19,626 nucleotides of DNA. Origin: Candidatus Heimdallarchaeota archaeon (GTDB lineage Archaea > Asgardarchaeota > Heimdallarchaeia > Heimdallarchaeales > Heimdallarchaeaceae). Both the position numbers and the translations under genes were made by a program. Location of the stretch: assembly GCA_030668875.1 (NCBI GenBank), contig DAOVER010000054.1, positions 1-19,626 of the forward strand. Reading direction: 5' to 3'. This document shows, one piece after another, positions 15,521 to 19,626 of the stretch. Numbering within the stretch: position 1 is the first letter of the stretch; each line of letters starts with the position of its first letter. Below the pieces are notes generated by a model that saw nothing but the letters and a program-made list of their open reading frames with translations, was not told the origin of the DNA and searched no databases.

Positions 15521-18500
15521 TCAAGTAGCAGCATCGTTATTGTTTTTCTTCAGTTTTTCTTCTTTCACCATGGTCAATATTCTTTCAAGAAGATATTCGT
15601 TAGAGTATTCATCAAGTTGATCCATTATTAGAGCTGTAGTAGCTTTACCTTTACTATTGATAAATGATACAATCTCTTGGTCTATTGTTTTGAGTTTATC
15701 AATCTCTTCTAATGTTTTGGGAGTTACTTGTAATGGGAACATGAACCACAAGAATAGTTCTTCTACTACTTTTTCATTTATGCTTTCCTTATATTCGTTA
15801 AATATATCCATTGATCCTTCCCATTTTGTGCCCTCGTACCCGAAAATCACATCAAACCACCTTACAAGGTTATCTAATCCTTGTTCAAACTCAACTTCTA
15901 ATTCTGTGTCTGAGAAAATATATGCTGTATACGCTCCACTTGAAGCACTTGTTACAACAAAATTATAGTATTCAATTTTCTTAATACCTGTTCTTGCACC
16001 ACTCATTTCCGCGCCTATTGATGATATTGCTTGAAGTACTCCACTGATTATTGATGGATCTAACTCTTCTCTTTCATCCAAACTATATTCATAAATTGGA
16101 GAACTAGTTTCATGATGAACAACGAGTACACGTTTTATCATAAATGCAGATTGGAAGATAGCTCGAGCTTTTGATTTTTGCTCATCAAGTTCTTCCTTTT
16201 TCTTGCTCATTTGTGTTTTAGTAAAGAAGAAAACGCCAACCCCTAGTCCAGCAACTGCAACTAACGATAGTCCAATGATCACGCCTATCGGTAATTCTCC
16301 ATTTGGAGGAGGAGTAATAGTTGATGTTTTTATACTAATTGTAGCAAGAATAAAACTCAGCACTGATTCATATCCTTCTTTAGATACTGAAACTCTAACG
16401 TTTAGAGTTTTAATAGTGGGTTCTTGTATTCGAATTTTAATAGTGTATATTCCATCATCCTCTGAATTTTCTGTTATATCTACATCAGGTTCAGGAATAT
16501 CCAAAGTTACAACTACATTTGCTCCTTTTATTTGTTCAGAATGAGTTTCATCTATCCATTCAAAAGTCAAAGTTATCTGACTGCTTTCATTTGCTTCAGT
16601 AACAGTTGCTATTGTTTCAATAGAAGTATCCTCAACAGCTGTGATATCATAATTGATTGTATTTGATGCTATCGGATTACCTAGTGTTTCAACAAAATAG
16701 ATCTTCTGAACAGAGATTTCTACTTCATAACTTGCAGGTAAGTTGTCTAATACATCATTATAGATAGTTAACAAGAAGTGATCATCGACCCTAACACCCA
16801 TGTATTCAACCATTGGTGTTAATGAAGTTCCGTTTATTGCTACATGTATGGAAAGGTTGTTAGTAATTGGAGCACTTCCATTTGTTACATCTACAACAGA
16901 AAATGTAAATTCTGCGTTGTCAGTGTAATAATACACCGGATCTACAGATTGAGGTTCAAGGACACGGAACTCGTGTAGTAATATCAAAGAAAATTGATCT
17001 GAACAAGATTGTAAGAATGGTCCTTTTGCAAATATATCTATGAGATAGGACCCTTCTGTTATATTTGGTGCTAAACTATAACTGTAATTTCCTGAATCAA
17101 ATGCAAGATTATCTGTATCTAGCCAACTTGTTGTATAGTAAACATCTCCATTAGGAATGTATGTTCCTAAACCTGTAAAGAATGGGTCGCTGATATTGTA
17201 GTAACTAACTTTGATGTTAATTGCTTCACCATTTATTCTTGTAATCTCAGTAGAGGATAATTCTAACCAGTTTCCTCCTACTTCTTCTTCTACGAAGAAT
17301 GAAGCCGATGTTGGTTTGACAACAGTAATTGTTTGAGTGAAAAGTCCTGCTTCAGTACCATTTGTCCAATAATAAACCACCGTCCAATATCCTTCAGCAT
17401 CTGATGCTGATATAGACGGATCAAATGTAACATTAGCTTTGAAAAGTGAATCCTCTGTATAAGCATTTTTAGTGTAGGAAGAATTATCTAGATAGATAAG
17501 ATTAACAGGCAATGAGCTCTTCAGTGGAAGTATATTTCCATTACTATCCAATACTGAATAATTTAGTGCCCCCCCGCTCGTTATGTAATTTTCTATGCTT
17601 GCGGTCGACATTATTGTCGTTCCTTCAAATCCAAATGCGTGTGTCTCATTATTTGTCCAGTATCCTAACTCTTGAATCGTATCACTTATGGACGTCGTCG
17701 TGATGTAATTTGGACTTGTAATCGTGAACTCAAAGTTTCCGCTATCATATTGGGTTATGTTAAATAAGATAGATAAATCATACTCAAAAACATCTCCAAC
17801 CCAACTTCCAGATATTGGAGTCCCTCCATTCAATAAAAATGAGAAAGCTGTTTTATTCCAATCATTTGGAACAGAAAATGCTTGAAATCTAGTAGGGTTT
17901 GTATATGTTCCCAGACTCACAATATCTGTAGTCCAAGAATGAGTCCAAGTGTTACTATACTCATTATATGTAGAATTAAGAAGATCAATTACCGAGGTAG
18001 AAGTGTAAGTTCTACTAAATTGATAACTACTGTTCGATTTAAGGATAACAGCCTTATTTGATGTCAATATATGAAGCCCAGTTCCACTAATAATTTGATC
18101 GAGCGTTGTAACATTTAATCCATTATCAGTTAGATACACTGTTGTTGGATCCGGATATGTTAGGGGATTTCCATCACTATCCGTTTCCTGTAGATAAGCT
18201 TCAAAATTTAGTGTCCTTGCATGTGGATTATCAAAATTCCAACTGCTGCCATCATGATAGTAAATCCTATATGATAGTGTTTGTCGAGATGCCCAAGATA
18301 TACCAGTGCCATCATCTCCATCATATGATGATAGATTAGCAACTACAAAATAAGATCCTGAACTCAAAACATTAGTGCTGAATTCAAAATAAGCTATATT
18401 ACCTGTACTGCTTGTGGGAAATGGGTTTGATGTACTATATGGGTCGCTGGTATCGTTTGCCAATATTGCACTCATATTAGGAAAACCAAAACCATCCTCT

Positions 18501-19066
18501 TCAACTAAGAAAAGTTCTAGTTCATCTGAACCATAACTACCTCCATAAAGATCAAACCATATCTGAGCACCTTTAAAGATAGCATAACTTGTTGATATAT
18601 CAAACTTGAATGCATATCTTATTCTTGTTGACTCTAAAGCTTCTTCTACTAACTTATTTGGCTCTAAAAGAAAGTAAGTTTCCTTATCAACAGCACTCTC
18701 CAGACTTAAATTGTATTGTAGATTATCAACTGAATAACCAGAAGGTGTTGTTATAGTATAAGAATCATTATTATTATTATCTGCATCAAGCGTGATGTTA
18801 ACGGAATCATATACAGCTAAAGTATCATCAATAATAGAAGAATCACCAGAATCCGAGAAACTATCAATAGGAGTATAATCATATTTAATTCGGTTGGTCA
18901 AATCCGAAGTATTTGGTGAAATGTTATCATCATTAATAATATTTGAAAAAGAATCTATGTAGAAATTGTTAAGATTATTTTCTAATAGAATTGGTGATAC
19001 AAGTGAAAATGTGAAAAGCGCAATAATTGTATATGATAAATTTTTTTTGTTGCTATTATGACCCAT
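15521..19066 (-). CDS. Intact receptor-like single-pass membrane protein: signal peptide, large beta-rich ectodomain with many N-x-S/T sequons, TM, longin-like domain, winged helix
   Basis: N-terminal KKNLSYTIIALFTFSLVSPILL; TM IGVIIGLSLVAVAGLGVGVFFF followed by basic residues; cytoplasmic KRVLVVHHETSSPIYEY..DPSIISGVLQAISSIGAEM..GIKKIEYYNFVV..YTAYIFS..LDNLVRWFDVIF (longin beta-beta-alpha-beta-beta-beta-alpha pattern); C-terminal three-helix wHTH-like segment. ATG 19066 preferred over TTG 19078. Confidence 0.88.
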   Translation of the reverse strand: MGHNSNKKNLSYTIIALFTFSLVSPILLENNLNNFYIDSFSNIINDDNISPNTSDLTNRIKYDYTPIDSFSDSGDSSIIDDTLAVYDSVNITLDADNNNNDSYTITTPSGYSVDNLQYNLSLESAVDKETYFLLEPNKLVEEALESTRIRYAFKFDISTSYAIFKGAQIWFDLYGGSYGSDELELFLVEEDGFGFPNMSAILANDTSDPYSTSNPFPTSSTGNIAYFEFSTNVLSSGSYFVVANLSSYDGDDGTGISWASRQTLSYRIYYHDGSSWNFDNPHARTLNFEAYLQETDSDGNPLTYPDPTTVYLTDNGLNVTTLDQIISGTGLHILTSNKAVILKSNSSYQFSRTYTSTSVIDLLNSTYNEYSNTWTHSWTTDIVSLGTYTNPTRFQAFSVPNDWNKTAFSFLLNGGTPISGSWVGDVFEYDLSILFNITQYDSGNFEFTITSPNYITTTSISDTIQELGYWTNNETHAFGFEGTTIMSTASIENYITSGGALNYSVLDSNGNILPLKSSLPVNLIYLDNSSYTKNAYTEDSLFKANVTFDPSISASDAEGYWTVVYYWTNGTEAGLFTQTITVVKPTSASFFVEEEVGGNWLELSSTEITRINGEAINIKVSYYNISDPFFTGLGTYIPNGDVYYTTSWLDTDNLAFDSGNYSYSLAPNITEGSYLIDIFAKGPFLQSCSDQFSLILLHEFRVLEPQSVDPVYYYTDNAEFTFSVVDVTNGSAPITNNLSIHVAINGTSLTPMVEYMGVRVDDHFLLTIYNDVLDNLPASYEVEISVQKIYFVETLGNPIASNTINYDITAVEDTSIETIATVTEANESSQITLTFEWIDETHSEQIKGANVVVTLDIPEPDVDITENSEDDGIYTIKIRIQEPTIKTLNVRVSVSKEGYESVLSFILATISIKTSTITPPPNGELPIGVIIGLSLVAVAGLGVGVFFFTKTQMSKKKEELDEQKSKARAIFQSAFMIKRVLVVHHETSSPIYEYSLDEREELDPSIISGVLQAISSIGAEMSGARTGIKKIEYYNFVVTSASSGAYTAYIFSDTELEVEFEQGLDNLVRWFDVIFGYEGTKWEGSMDIFNEYKESINEKVVEELFLWFMFPLQVTPKTLEEIDKLKTIDQEIVSFINSKGKATTALIMDQLDEYSNEYLLERILTMVKEEKLKKNNNDAAT

Positions 19067-19160
19067 TATAATCCCCAAAGATATGCTTCTAGTTTATATG
19101 TTAATTTTACTTTAAATCTTTATTCTTTATATTTATTACGTAGGTGCAAATAGTTGATAC

Positions 19161-19626
19161 TTAATCATTAGAGGAAGTAAACAAATAACCTTTATCCACT
19201 AAACCAAATATCTCATTAAGAATTTCTTCTTCATCAAATTGCTTGAAATAATCTAACAGACGTGCTGAGGTACAACTCTCGTTTTTATATACACACTCAA
19301 AGATAGTTCTGCCAAATATTGACAAATGTTCAATATCTAATTGTTTGTTCTTGGATGTTTGAAGGGGATAAAGTAACCAGAGAAATAGATTTTGAGAAAT
19401 TTTGTTTTCGATTACAGCTTTGTTGATTTTAAAAATATCTAGTGAACCATCCCAATTCTCTTTTATTGATCGAAAGGCTGTGCTAAACCATGAAACCATC
19501 TTCTGCATTCCTTTTTCAATTTCTCTTTCCAAATTGGTTTCGGAAAAAACATAGATTGTAAAACCATTGAAGTAAGACCCTGTTACAACAAAACCATGAA
19601 ATTGCAGTTTTTTAAATCCTGTTGGT
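19161..19626 (-). CDS. C-terminal part (longin-like + wHTH) of a third paralog; 5' end outside the window
   Basis: Frame is open from 19625: PTGFKKLQFHGFVVTGSYFNGFTIYVFSETNLEREIEKGMQKMVSWF...WDGSLDIF...LFLWLLYPLQ, aligning with GIKKIEYYNFVV...WEGSMDIF...LFLWFMFPLQ. The TTG start at 19532 in the ORF track is internal. Confidence 0.85.
   Translation of the reverse strand, partial: PTGFKKLQFHGFVVTGSYFNGFTIYVFSETNLEREIEKGMQKMVSWFSTAFRSIKENWDGSLDIFKINKAVIENKISQNLFLWLLYPLQTSKNKQLDIEHLSIFGRTIFECVYKNESCTSARLLDYFKQFDEEEILNEIFGLVDKGYLFTSSND

Noticed and set aside
2127-18339. Remaining short ORFs in the track (2127, 2433, 2846, 4415, 8295, 8813, 9880, 10004, 10749, 12676, 13511, 14056, 15657, 16203, 17512, 18142)
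   Set aside because: All overlap or lie antisense to well-supported long genes and carry no recognisable motifs.
1-19626. rRNA, tRNA or selenocysteine recoding
   Set aside because: No cloverleaf or rRNA-like segment seen, and no in-frame TGA within the xdh or other operon genes.

Overview
AT-rich window that looks archaeal, most likely Asgard (Heimdall/Loki-like). This is inferred from the longin-domain membrane proteins, TATA-like boxes and GGTGA/AGGAG ribosome-binding sites, not from a marker gene. It has four parts. (1) A secreted 7-repeat beta-propeller + FN3 protein on the minus strand that runs off the left edge and is missing from the ORF track. (2) A small 4-TM protein, then a translationally coupled purine-catabolism operon: ssnA-like amidohydrolase, a YgfK/DHOD-like FMN + 2x[4Fe-4S] protein lacking the DHOD catalytic Cys, a threonine-synthase-like PLP enzyme, xdhA, xdhB and xdhC. 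(3) A TnpB-only IS200/IS605-family element inserted antisense between xdhB and xdhC; its tnpB has one in-frame TAG and appears to be the rearranged-RuvC-II, zinc-finger-less type. (4) A tandem array of at least three paralogous receptor-like genes (large ectodomain - single TM - longin-like domain - winged helix); one is split by a frameshift in a C7/C8/C9 homopolymer tract just before the TM. The best candidates for new biology are the receptor-longin-wHTH array with a possible phase-variable switch, and an archaeal variant of anaerobic purine/urate degradation with a minimal YgfK and a possible replacement for DpaL. Family assignments come from motifs recalled from memory; no searches were run.
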